DNA from: Eledone cirrhosa
Taxonomy: Eukaryota
Length of the DNA: 64,000 nucleotides
Assembly: GCA_964016885.1 (NCBI GenBank)
Contig: OZ024741.1
Location: 191,766,001 to 191,830,000 of the forward strand
Direction: 5' to 3'
Under the pieces are notes generated by a model. The model had not been told where the DNA came from and did no database searches. It saw only the letters and a program-made list of their open reading frames with translations. Shown piece after piece: positions 39,521 to 51,119 of this stretch; the first letter of the stretch is position 1; each line of letters starts with the position of its first letter. Both the position numbers and the translations under genes were made by a program.

Positions 39521-40120
39521 GGAGGCACATGGCTTAGTGGTTAGAGCATTGGCCTTGCAATCGAAAGGTTGTGAGTTCAATTCTCAGACCGGGTGATGTG
39601 TTGTTTCCTTGAGCAAGACACTTTATTTCACATTGCTCCAGTTTACTCAGCTGTAGAAATGAGATGATTCCACTGCAAAGTGGTCGTGGAGGTGCCACGG
39701 CAAAAAAGCACCCTGCACTCACTGTAAATGAGGTTGGTGTTAGGAAGGGCATCCAGCTGTAGAAATCAAGCCAGAATCAGTTCCCGTCCCACCCTTGCAA
39801 GCAGGGAAAAGTGGACGTAAAATGAGATGATGATGATGATGATATTATATATATATGTGTGTATATCATCATCATCATCATCATCATTTCATTTTATGTC
39901 CGCTTTTTCCCTGCTTGCAAGGGTGGGACGGGAACTGATTCTGGCTTGATTTCTACAGCTGGATGCCCTTCCTAACACCAACCTCATTTACAGTGAGTGC
40001 TGGGTGCTTTTTTGCCATGGCACCTACACATCCAGTTTACAGTGTGGGCTGGGTGCTTGTTTGCCGTGGCACCTCCACGACCACTTTGCAGTGGAATCTA
40101 ACCACTAAGCCACGTGCCTC
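39521..40120. mobile_element. Tail-to-tail pair of CORE-SINE/RTE-tail elements
   Basis: + copy 39521-39842 and - copy 39866-40120 meet at (GAT)n/(ATC)n and are largely reverse complementary. Confidence 0.8.
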
Positions 40121-40122
40121 CA

Positions 40123-40177
<55 letters not shown>

Positions 40178-40689
40178 TATAGGCATATCTACAGAACTTG
40201 TGTTTACTACCTATTGTATTTAACATTTAGTTCTGCACATGTTTAAATTGATTCCTTTGCTTTAAATTGTTGTAGTATCTTACATGCCTGATGCAATTCT
40301 AGCAACTTCCATACCACTGCAAGTTTCATATTATTCATGCAAATATGTTTTCATTTTTTCTCTTTTCAGGTGACATTACATAACTTGAAATGACTTCTGC
40401 TGTTAAACATATTGACCTGAAAACTACAGTTGTTTATTTGTAATGTGTCACAAACCTGCCTGTAGCGCCAAAGCCTAGTCTTCTGGTTGAATTAACCATA
40501 TTTCCTTTGCCAATATCATGCATATGTGTGTGCATGTGTGTGTCTTCATTTGGAGGTATAAATGAAAGAAAAAAGATTATTTGTTTATTCAAAGCCAAAG
40601 CTTTGGTATGTTGAATTTCCCCATTAATAGATATTGGAAACTCAGAGTAACTATAGAGTCAAATTGTAGCTTGGAATAAATGAATGATT

Positions 40690-40740
<51 letters not shown>

Positions 40741-41463
40741 CGTGTGTGTGTGTGTATGCAAATATATATATACATTCATAAATATATTATATATGTATAT
40801 TATCCAACTTATATGTAACTTACATGCATATATGCATAAAAATATTTGTTATAATTGTTATGTATTTATGTAATATATGAATATATGTATATATTTATGT
40901 ATATATATATATATATATATATACTCACAAACGTATATGTCTATCTTACAGATGTACACATTATATCTATATAATAAACTCTACTGCATGTATTGAGTAA
41001 TTTTACTCTTGTTTATATCTACAAAGAAATACGTACAATACATATACATACATATATATATATATGTGTGTGTCTGTGTGTGATTAAGTGTAGAAGTGGA
41101 ACAAAAAGTACTGGATACATGCAGCAGAGTTTATTTATTCATTCAAAATTTGTCATACCCTTCATTGCTGCTTCAGTTTTCTCACCTTAGTTTATTCAAC
41201 TGCATGTATTCACACTAAAGCAAACAAACTCAGACAGTATCATCAGCTTTGAGTGAATATGTATGTTGCTGTCTTGAAAAGGAAGAAGTGAGAAGTTCAG
41301 TAAGTTATAGGTTTTATTCATGTGGTAACTAGAAAGTCAATCTGACACTTTTCTTTACTATTAGCTCAAATTTCATATCTGATTTATCATTGAACATGTA
41401 TTGTGGAGTAGTGACAGCTTGAAGCTTCTGCTTCTCACAAATGAATATATATGTATATATACA

Positions 41464-41513
<50 letters not shown>

Positions 41514-41654
41514 AGTTTATGTTGGTTGTATACCAACACCTCAGTATGCAGGCTGGAGCACTCGACGAAGTGCGCAGATTGGTTTGGTTACTCCGGAGTA
41601 GCGTAAAATAAAGTTAAATAAAAGTCAAATGATTAAAATTTAGCTTCGTTTATT

Positions 41655-41709
41655 ACTGCTATATATATTTCAGTGACAGCCATCTTTGGCTGTCACCTCT
41701 TCAGGCAGT
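41655..41709 (-). ncRNA. Type I hammerhead ribozyme, intact core
   Basis: Minus strand: actgc-CTGAAGA-ggtgacagcc aaaga tggctgtcact-GAAA-tatata-TA-gcagt. Confidence 0.88.
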
Positions 41710-41855
41710 TTGAATTAATTCACTGAGGAACTGGAGTCATATGATTCCAGTTCCTCAGTGAAATAATAACCCAACAAGGATCTGGGCATATCAGAGTATT
41801 GACAATATTATACACCTAAACAACATATGTACTTGTCTATACCATACTAATTCAA

Positions 41856-41910
41856 ACTGCCTGAAGAGGTCACAGCCAAAGATGGCTGTCACTGAAATAT
41901 ATATAGCAGT
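41856..41910 (+). ncRNA. Type I hammerhead ribozyme, intact core
   Basis: actgc-CTGAAGA-ggtcacagcc aaaga tggctgtcact-GAAA-tatata-TA-gcagt. Confidence 0.86.
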
Positions 41911-41954
41911 AATAAACGAAGCTAAATTTTAATCATTTGACTTTTATTTAACTT

Positions 41955-42011
<57 letters not shown>

Positions 42012-42062
42012 GACACACACACATATAGTTTATATGAAGTATTGTGAGATACATATTAAACA

Positions 42063-42423
42063 ATGAGTGTGGGGAAAGCCAATACAATTAAGATAGAAAT
42101 ATAACAATAGATCTGAGATAACCAGGATGACAAATAAAAACAAATTAATGCTTTTACTCTATATATTTCATCATAATATTTCAAGGTAAAGACCTTCTGT
42201 TCTAATGATGAACATCAACTCAGACTGTCACAGTCTTGCTGTGTTGTGCGTGTAACAGACTGTGAGAACAGAATAATTTGTTTTTCCCTGTTCATTGTTC
42301 ATCGTTTGAAAAGGAGGTCTTTACCTTGAAATGTATAGGGTAAAAATATTATTTTGATTTGTTTTGTCATCCTTGTTACCTCAGTATTGTACCTCTGTAT
42401 TGTACCATCTTTCCTCACACTCT
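42063..42423. repeat. Imperfect ~360-bp fold-back (MITE-like)
   Basis: TTTCAAGGTAAAGACCT / AGGTCTTTACCTTGAAA, GGATGACAAA / TTTGTCATCC, GAGTGTGGGGAAAG / CTTTCCTCACACTC. Confidence 0.65.
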
Positions 42424-42627
42424 CTTTTTACTTATGCAAGAGTAAATGGAAAATAAGAAAGCAAACAATACAGTACAATGAAGATATGTGTTAGTTTAAT
42501 GCTTGATAAAGTAGGAAAAGAGTCTTAATGTTTCGGATGTTAGTCATCAGAAAATAGAATGAGAAATGAAATATGATATAGAAACATATATATATGCGTC
42601 TGTGTGTGTATGTATATATCATCATCA

Positions 42628-42810
42628 CCACTCGTCGACTACTGTCGAGATGATGGATCTCACTCTCATGCCCCAGAATCCCCTGTCCCCCATCGCTGCC
42701 CCCAGGTCCTGTCTGCTGATTCCCGTATCCCTAGAGATAACGTCAGGGAATGACAGCTTCCTACTCCTAGTCAGGCTGAAGTCAGGGTTCCAGAGCAAGA
42801 GAGCGGATAT
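42628..42810 (-). mobile_element. RTE-class LINE C-terminal fragment (distinct family)
   Basis: LLLWNP..FPDVISRDTGI..MGDRGFW pattern. Confidence 0.55.
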
Positions 42811-42837
42811 GATTTCATTATCGAATAGTATGTGTAC

Positions 42838-42875
<38 letters not shown>

Positions 42876-43380
42876 CAAAGAATGTGTGGTAAGATACCAG
42901 GTGGACCATAATGCACAAGAGTACTCGATACTTAGGGTAGTTGAGTGGGTAATAGGAAAAGAGTCAGGAACCCGGTAGCTGAGCTCCGGCCGTTTCAATA
43001 GCTAGATCCATTCGGTGGTAGGGGCATACTGTCTATATGCTTCAGCTTTGCCTTGTACCCGTGGGAAGTTGGGTCTTCTGTATTACTGGGTAATGCCAGA
43101 GGTCTCGGTCCTGTGTCATCGCCTTTGAGAGGTACAATTGGTCAAGATCAGTTTTTGTCACCTCATCCCAGGTCTTCTTAGGTCTTCCCATTCCAAGGCT
43201 TCCATCGACATTTAGCGCCCTGCACCTTTTTATACAGCTGTCATCCTTCATACGCATCACATGTCCATACCAAGGTAATCTCCTCTTCTGCACACAGCAT
43301 TTGTTTCCTCTTATGCCTATTCCGTTCAGATCTAACTGTCGAAACAGCCGGAGTTCAGCCGTCGGGTTCCCGACTCTTTT

Positions 43381-43436
<56 letters not shown>

Positions 43437-43437
<1 letters not shown>

Positions 43438-44003
43438 TATAATTGAATATAAAAGAAAAACGAACACAGACATATACATATATGTGTTCAAATCGTAAGG
43501 GACCAGATTCGCTAAGGTGAAAAGAATACTAACCATAGACAATAGGGTTTGCCAAACTCAATTTAAGAATAAATCAAGAAAATAAATACAAACCGGAATT
43601 GTGGTAACTACCAATCACCCAGACAGCTTTGGTAATGCTGTTTTGCAAAATTAATTGTGAAGAGGAATACCGATTCTTGCTCATCAGTGGGTGAAGAATT
43701 AGTATCCTGGACACTTCTAAGAATATTAAAAAACTGAATAGTGTGCGTATATATAATAACGCACATGGTATCTGAACTTAGCGTGTCTCACAAACTCACA
43801 CCACTAAAAATAGCAGCCAGGTTTACTCAACATTTGAATTAGCTCAACAAATTAATGGGGCCGATTTGAACACATATATGTATATATCTATGTTCGTTTT
43901 TCTTTTATATTCAATTTTAATATACGGCTCGGAAAAATCTCTTTCCTAGAGCTATTTTATTGTAAGAGACTATTTTGAGTTTCTAACTCAAAATATACCT
44001 TTG

Positions 44004-44005
<2 letters not shown>
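43437..44005 (-). mobile_element. Diverged relative of the 514-bp HHR unit, with inverted duplication
   Basis: 43437-43495 is inverted at 43862-43922; shares ACGGCTC..GAGCTA..TTGTAA..GAGTTT..AACTC and GGCTG.TATTT..ACCA.GTGCGTTA blocks with 14275-14460. Confidence 0.7.
43615..43694 (-). ncRNA. Type I hammerhead with G12A (GAAA>AAAA)
   Basis: Minus strand: tcaccca-CTGATGA-gcaagaat..attttgc-AAAA-cagc attaccaaa gctg-TC-tgggtga. Confidence 0.8.
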
Positions 44006-44055
<50 letters not shown>

Positions 44056-44326
44056 AGTCGACCGATAAGATCTCAGACCTCATTCACTTAACGAGTGGGA
44101 TGGAGCTCATCAAATTGGGCCAAGGAAACGGTCTTTCCAATTACTAATACTATCTGTCGGTCGCAACTCCAGGCAGAAGGAGCAATGTGAAATAAAGTGT
44201 CTTGCTCAAGAACATAACGTATCGCCTGGTCTGGGAATCGAAATCACAATTTTACGATTGTGAATCCAATTCTCTAACCACTCAGGTATTCAGACACGCA
44301 TATATATATATATACACACAAACATT

Positions 44327-44448
<122 letters not shown>

Positions 44449-44700
44449 ATGTATATATATATATGGCTTTACATGTAGCAGTTGCACTGGAACAGTAAGC
44501 AGCAAACGACCACAGGAAACAAGCACTACCAAATTCTGGTTCTGGGAAGGCTCTGTAGAAACAGTAGACAGCTTCTGCTACCTAGGTGACCTAATTAACA
44601 GCAGAGGTGGGTGTTCTGAAAGTAAAGTAACCAAGGTAAGAACGGGATGGAAGAAGTTCAGGGAGCTACAACCACTGCTACTTGCAAAAGGCTTTTCCTT

Positions 44701-44730
<30 letters not shown>

Positions 44731-44737
<7 letters not shown>

Positions 44738-47700
44738 ATACTTGGAGAGGGTCATATTGTTGTAATAATATTGCCAGAAATAATAACAGAACACACTCAC
44801 TGTTTGGTTGGTTTTCGCTTCTGTATCTTTTATATGTCCACAGTTAATTCATCTGGTCCTCAATGTTTATCATTGACTGATCCACGGTCAAAAATACAGA
44901 TATAAATACATATATATAATCTAACAAAGTTCTTTCGTTACACATTTGCAACATCATCAGTGGTACTATTATGTTCCTCCTGTTGTATTGTATGTCTACG
45001 CCATTTTTATTTTATCTATTTATTTATTGTTGTCTTCTTCTCTGCGCATGCGTTTGCGTGTGTGTATAGTGTTTGGGTGACTGTGTTTTGGTTATTGTAT
45101 TCTATCTTAGTTTACTAGTGTGTGTTTATATGTTTGTTGTTATTGTGCTTGTGTATATATTTATTTATTTATTTATTTATATTTCTCTTAAGTCAGTATT
45201 GTTTGTTTGGGTGTTGTTATTCCATTCATTTTTTTCTGTTTAGCTTTGGCTTTCTAAGCTCTATTTCGCTTGCCTCTCTGATTTGCCTACCTGCTGGGTC
45301 ATTTCTATGTTTAGATATTATTTTAATTTCTATGTTGTCTATGTTACCGTCATGTTGTTGTCTGGCGTGTTCGTATAGTACTGAACCGTTTTTTCGTCCT
45401 TTTAATTCCACCAGTGTTGGTCTATCCTTTCTCCTATGCTTCGAGCTGTCTCGCCTATGTATGTTGTTGGCATGTTTCTGCAAGTACCCTCTGTGCATCT
45501 TATGCTATAGACTACATTTCTAGTTTTACAGTTTATCTGGGGGTTTACGTTACATATAACGCATTTCCTATTAGTACAGTGGGTTTTCTTAAAAGGGTAT
45601 GTTTTGCTGATCAGGGATTTTATGGTAGTTCCTGGCTTTAATCTTTAAATGGGTCTTTCTCAGGGCCTTTCTACAGTGGTTAGCTAATTTCTCTCCAGGG
45701 GTAGCGTCCACGAACATGACACTCTGGTATCTCTGGTTGTCGTACCATGTGGTGGCTTTCCCTATCTTATGTTTAGTCCTATCTATGCTATTCCATGATT
45801 TGCTCCTGTAAAATGGGCAAATTCCTTTCATGTCCAGTTCTATGAGGGTCTTATACTTCTCCGTGGCTCCTTTGGATACTCTGATTCTGTCTCTTTGGTT
45901 GTAGCCAGAGAACTGCATGCGGTTGATGAAGTGTTGGATGTGTCTTTCCATTTCTGTTGGGTCGCACATGCGGGACACATTCTTCATCACTCGTACCAAA
46001 TCTGCGATCAGAATATTAAACTTAGCACTATTGGACACTGTTGAGTTTTTGAGTATCAGGTATTTGGAGGCTATGGGTTTAGCGTAGTGTGAGTGGAGAA
46101 TTTGGGCCCTCTCGTCTATAGTGTTAATCCAGAGTCTAATACAAGTAGTCTATTGTTAGGGTGTTTGGAAGGGTAGTCGATAGTTATGGTTATACTCTGG
46201 TGTATGGAGTTAGCTATCTGCTGGATGTTTTCCATTGTGCTACATTCTAAATCATACTTGTTAGTACTCTCTTGTGGGGGTGTCCTTATTACTATATTAA
46301 TATCGTCTACGTAACTAGAGTACATGATGAGGTCTATGGAGCTCTCATCAAGGAGATCTTTGAGTCTCCTTTCCCACTATACCATAAAAAGGTTGGCAAC
46401 GTCACCAGCTATGCTGACGCCAATGGCTGCTCCCTTATTTTGGGTGTAGATCTTTTCGTTGAATTTGAATATATGGCCCTTTAGGGTAGTTTTAATACTA
46501 GCCCCTATTGCATGTACGACTATTTTTCTGATCTGATCATTGTTTTGGGGGGTCCGCATGGCTTTGGTCCATCCAATTCACCTTCCCATGGGTGTCGTTG
46601 TTGCCATTGAGGTTATGGTGGGGGGGTTTACCTCTTATGGGTCTATTGGGGCAGAAACGGCTAAGGTCATGGCTGTCTAGGTACTCGGTGTCATAGGTAA
46701 GTCTAAGTAGGAGGCCCAGTTCATTTGTGTCGACATCGCAGAACTCCACCTCACTCTCACTGATCATCTCCACACATTTTTCCACAGAAAAATCAATGTT
46801 AATGGATGGGTATAGTGATACCACGTCCATACTGCCTATTATAGGTTTTTGTTTTTGATGCACTCATTGATTCTGCTGAGGAGGTCCTCTGTACTGTCAC
46901 ATACATCTGGGGACATCTTGATTATGGGGTGTATAACCATTGAGAGGAAGTAGGAGATCCTGTAGTTGCTAGCGGTATTGGCTCCGCATACAGGTCTTGT
47001 TGGTGGTCCTGTTGTCGGGTCGTCGACTGTCTTATGGTCTTTGCGGAGCCCATACAAGGGTGGTATGTCATTGTTAGATGCCTGGAAGGTGTTGGCAGTG
47101 CGTCTGCTTGGCTTTAGGATGTCGGTCCACATCATCATGTGAGCATTGAGGATCTTCTCTCTCCCCTCATGTGTTTGTTGTGTAATTTCGCTCGTGTTGG
47201 TGATGTGGGGTTGCATAGCCTTGATGTAGTTTGACGTGCTGTCTATCGACATCCTACCAGACTTATCTTTGGGTAGACACACTACCTCACCATCCCTTGT
47301 GCGCTGCTTGAGGCTAACTAAGCCTTTTACAGGTTTCCTTCCAAGTTGTTGGACTTCTGGTCTGCTTTGTCTCTTAGTATATCGGTCTACTATTTGTCTA
47401 ATTTTATTTCTAGCTATGTTGAACTGTGCCTCTGTCTCGTCATCTATTTGTTGTGGTATACAAACCCTTTTATTAAAGGGTAACCTCGTAGGATAAATAT
47501 TACCCATCTTATAAGTTTTGTCAGCTGGGTTGAAGAATATTTTCTCTAAGGGGGTGTCATTATGTCTATCGTCATAGTTGTGTGTGTTGCTATTATTGTT
47601 ATTATAGTTGTTGTTGTTCCTACCATTAACATTATTATTATTGTTATGATTGTTAGATGTATTGTTGTTGTTACTGTTATTTCTACCATTATTTTTATTA

Positions 47701-48560
47701 TTATGTTTCTTGTTTTTGATGTTGTTGTTGTGGTTGTTTTTGTGTCTATCACTAATGTTGCTACTCGTATTATTTCCATTATTACTACTGTGGTTGTTGT
47801 TGTTCTATCTATCGTTAATATTACTACCATAACTTTGCCTTTCATCCTTACGGGGTCGATAAAATAAAGTACCAGTAATACACTGGAATAATTGGTGGCC
47901 TTGTGCCAAATGTAGAAACAATTATTACTATTTCTCACTCTCCTGCTATTGTTATTGTTATGACTATTACTATTGTAGCTGTTATTTCTATACTCAGAGT
48001 TATTGTTTATATTAGTACTATCGTTATTGTTGTTGTTGTTGTTGTTTATTTTTGCATTCCAACGTATTTTTGTGAAACACTTTTCCAGCTCCGTTTTACA
48101 CTCGATTGGATTAATCTTTTTGTAGATAGCAAATTTCGGTGGGAGCTGTAGAGCCTGTTGTTCTTGTTCATGGATTAAAGTGTTCCCATAAATATTTATT
48201 GTGTGGTCTTTGGTAAACTCTGTCAGTAATGCTACGTCTGTCATACAGATATTGTTGATCTTATCTGGGTATTTTTGTAAATTTTCTATTTTCCTTTCTT
48301 CTTGTTTTTTTCTTCTTCATCCATTTTAATTTCTTATTGAAATGTCTATTGCATTCGTTTTGAGCATATTTTGTTTCATGTCGAATGATGCTCATGAGTT
48401 CATTTATCTCGTTTGGTGTGGTGAGATTTTGAATTTCCTTAACGTTAACGCATTTCTGTTTGTAAAGTTCGTTAATTTTCATATATGTTATTATATGTGT
48501 TCTGTTATTATTTCTGGCAATATTATTACAACAATATGACCCTCCCCAAGTATAACAATA
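44731..48560 (-). mobile_element. Penelope-like element copy 2 (Naiad-like) with inverted pseudo-LTR end
   Basis: Frameshifted RT/GIY-YIG homologous to 5562..7424; PPLYGLRKDHK, YVDD; 48496-48560 is the reverse complement of 44731-44795; short SINE fragment inserted at ~47828-47922. Confidence 0.9.
44923..44964 (-). ncRNA. Type I hammerhead in PLE pseudo-LTR (degenerate)
   Basis: Minus strand: acca-CTGATGA-tgttgca aatg tgtaac-GAAA-gaac-TT-tgtt. Confidence 0.6.
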
Positions 48561-48786
48561 TTTGTTTCGACACACAATTTCATATCAAAAACCTTGCAAA
48601 ACAAATATATATATATATATATAAATACACCAGGATTTTTTCATTCTGATGATTGAAAGCAAAATTTGTTTGCTTTTAAGAAACCACTTGCCTTATGTTG
48701 TTTATTACATAACTATATGTATATATATAGAGAAAGAAACATATATATACCTATACATACATATACACACACATTATGTATACACA

Positions 48787-49697
48787 TCATTATCATCATC
48801 ACCATCACTGTTTTACGTCCATTCTTCCATGCTAGCATGGGTTAGACGAGTTGTCCTGTTGTGGGCAATGCCAGGTCAGGTGACCGTGTCTTGCTCATAC
48901 AGAACTGATTTTGGCTTGGTTTCTACAGCTGGATACCCTTCCTAACACCAACCTCATACAGGGAGTACTAGGCTCTTTTTACTGTGGTGCCCACATGACC
49001 ACACTACAGTGTGGACTGGGTAATTTTTTGTCGTGACACCTACACGACCACTTTACAGTGGGAAGGTGGTGGGGTATATTGTCTATATGCTTCAGCTTCG
49101 CCTTGTACCAATGGGAAGTCAGGTCTTCTGTATTACTGGGTAACTCCAGAGGTCTCGGTCCTGTGACATCACCTTTGAGAGGTAAAATTAATCAAGATCA
49201 GTTTTTGTCACCTCATCTCAGGACTTCTTAGGTCTCCCCACTTCAAGGCTTCCATCGACATTTAGCACTCTGCACCTTTTTATACAGCTGTTTATGCTTT
49301 GCCGTTCAGGTATATTACTATTACACATCCATCGGAGCATGCAAGCTTCATTTCTTTCTAATCCATGCAAGTCTTCTGCACACAACGCCCAGGTCTCACT
49401 ACCATGCAACATTGCTATTCGTATGCACACATCATACTGTCTGCCTTTCATTTTGAAGGAAAAGCCTTTTTGCAAGTAGCAGTGGTTGTAGCTCCCTGAA
49501 CTTCTTCCATCCCGTTCTTACCCTGATTACTGTACTTTCAGAACACCCACCTCTGCTGCTAATTAGATCACCTAGGTAGCAGAAGCTGTCTACTCTTTCT
49601 ACAGAGCCTTCCCAGAACCAGAATTTGGTAGTGCTTGTTTCCTGTGGACGTTTTCTGCTTACTATTCCAGTGCAACTGCTACATGTAAAGCCATATG
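48787..49697 (-). mobile_element. 5'-truncated RTE LINE
   Basis: VDSFCYLGD, GWKKFREL, MLHGSETW, GRPKK; RTE 3' UTR. Confidence 0.85.
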
Positions 49698-49752
49698 ATG
49701 GCTGCCCCCTCATTATCAAGTATGGCCATTGCCCGAAAAAAAACAACATAAT

Positions 49753-49797
<45 letters not shown>

Positions 49798-49863
49798 AAT
49801 AATATATATATATATATACACACATGTGCACACACATAAACATATCTACACACACGATAGCAA

Positions 49864-50140
49864 TTAACAGCGCTGCAATCGAATGTGGCTTTTTAGCCCA
49901 GCCAATGATCTAAAATATCTTGCACAGAGTTGGCAACCAAAACATTCACTGAGAATAGCCGGCTGTGGTTGGAGTTCATGTACTTTTGCATGTCGTTTGA
50001 GCCCTCCTGCTGATCTACACTCTCTTCCACATGCTTGGCAGGCATAATGAGTAGCATCTCCAACAGCAGCCTGGTAGTCAACCACTGGTCTTACTTTATG
50101 ACTGCGAAGATGACTTTCGAGTCCAGCTTTGCTTAAAGCC
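49864..50140 (-). mobile_element. Tandem C2H2 zinc fingers, probably the C-terminus of an RTE/BovB-like LINE
   Basis: SKAGLESHLRSH; YACQACGRECRSAGGLKRHAKVH; [19 protein letters not shown]; related GGCAGCCAT-ending tails at 49698, 59038, 60357. Confidence 0.6.
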
Positions 50141-51119
50141 ATATTTATATATATATACATACATACATATATACACATACATACATATATATATACACAC
50201 ACATATATATACACATATATATATATATATATCATTATCCTCATCATAATTTTACGTCCACTATTCAGCACATCATCTCTCCACTTGTCACGGTCCTTCG
50301 TCATCTCCTCCGTGAGTTTCAGCGATCTGAGGTCTTCTCTCACCATCTCCGCCCAAGTTTTTCTTGGTCTTCATCATCATCATCATCACGACCGTTTTAT
50401 ATCCATTTTTCCATGCTAGCATGGGTTAGATGAGTTGTCCTGTTGTGGACAATGCTAGGTCAGGTGACCATGTCTTGCTCACACAGAACTGATTTGGGCT
50501 TGGTTTCTACAGCTGGATACCCTTCCTAACACCAACCTCATTTACAGTGAGTACTGGGTGCTTTTTATCATAACACCTACATGACCACTTTACAATGTGG
50601 GCTGGGGGGGAGTCTCTGGATGTATACTTTGGCCTGTCCTCATGGGAGGGTGGGGTGGTGGGGTGCATACTGTATATATGCTTCAGCTCTGGCCTGTGTC
50701 TGTGGTATGTCGGGTCTTCTGTATTACTGTGTAACGCAGTATCAGCTTTATCACCTCGTCCCACGTCTTCCTGGGGCTCCCCACTCCAAGGCTTCCATCG
50801 ACCTTATATTTATATATTTATTTAAACAGACGAAAAATCTATATATTTTCGCCTGTTTCAAAGTCCGGCAGTGGCGAGAGCGGAACCATTTAAGTCCTAA
50901 ATGCATCGATGGTTGTCTCCCTTGCTTCTGCTGAACACCACTCAGCGGTGTTGGCCACCAGTGTTATATTCATAGCTGTGGCTTTCAGAATGTTTATTTA
51001 TAAAGAATAGAGAAGGAACTATGATATATGTTAGATGCCTTAGATAAAGTGAAGTGTGCTCAATGCTTAAAGATGCGAGATTAAATAGTATAGTGGAGTT
51101 AATATTTAAGGACTCAGCC

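Larger units (their letters stand above)
41604..41961. mobile_element. Inverted pair of HHR-bearing 114-bp arms around a 130-bp core
   Basis: 41604-41717 is the reverse complement of 41848-41961 (one mismatch seen). Confidence 0.85.

Noticed and set aside
40370-40555. Candidate host exon between an AG acceptor and a GT donor
   Set aside because: No convincing reading frame, recognisable protein or partner exons
41196-41252. Minus-strand HHR-like string (also 42520-42555 and plus-strand 48646)
   Set aside because: Core or stem I too degenerate to call by eye
49864-50346. Host C2H2 zinc-finger gene
   Set aside because: ORF is a fusion of an RTE tail, a microsatellite and LINE-type terminal fingers; lacks TGEKP linkers
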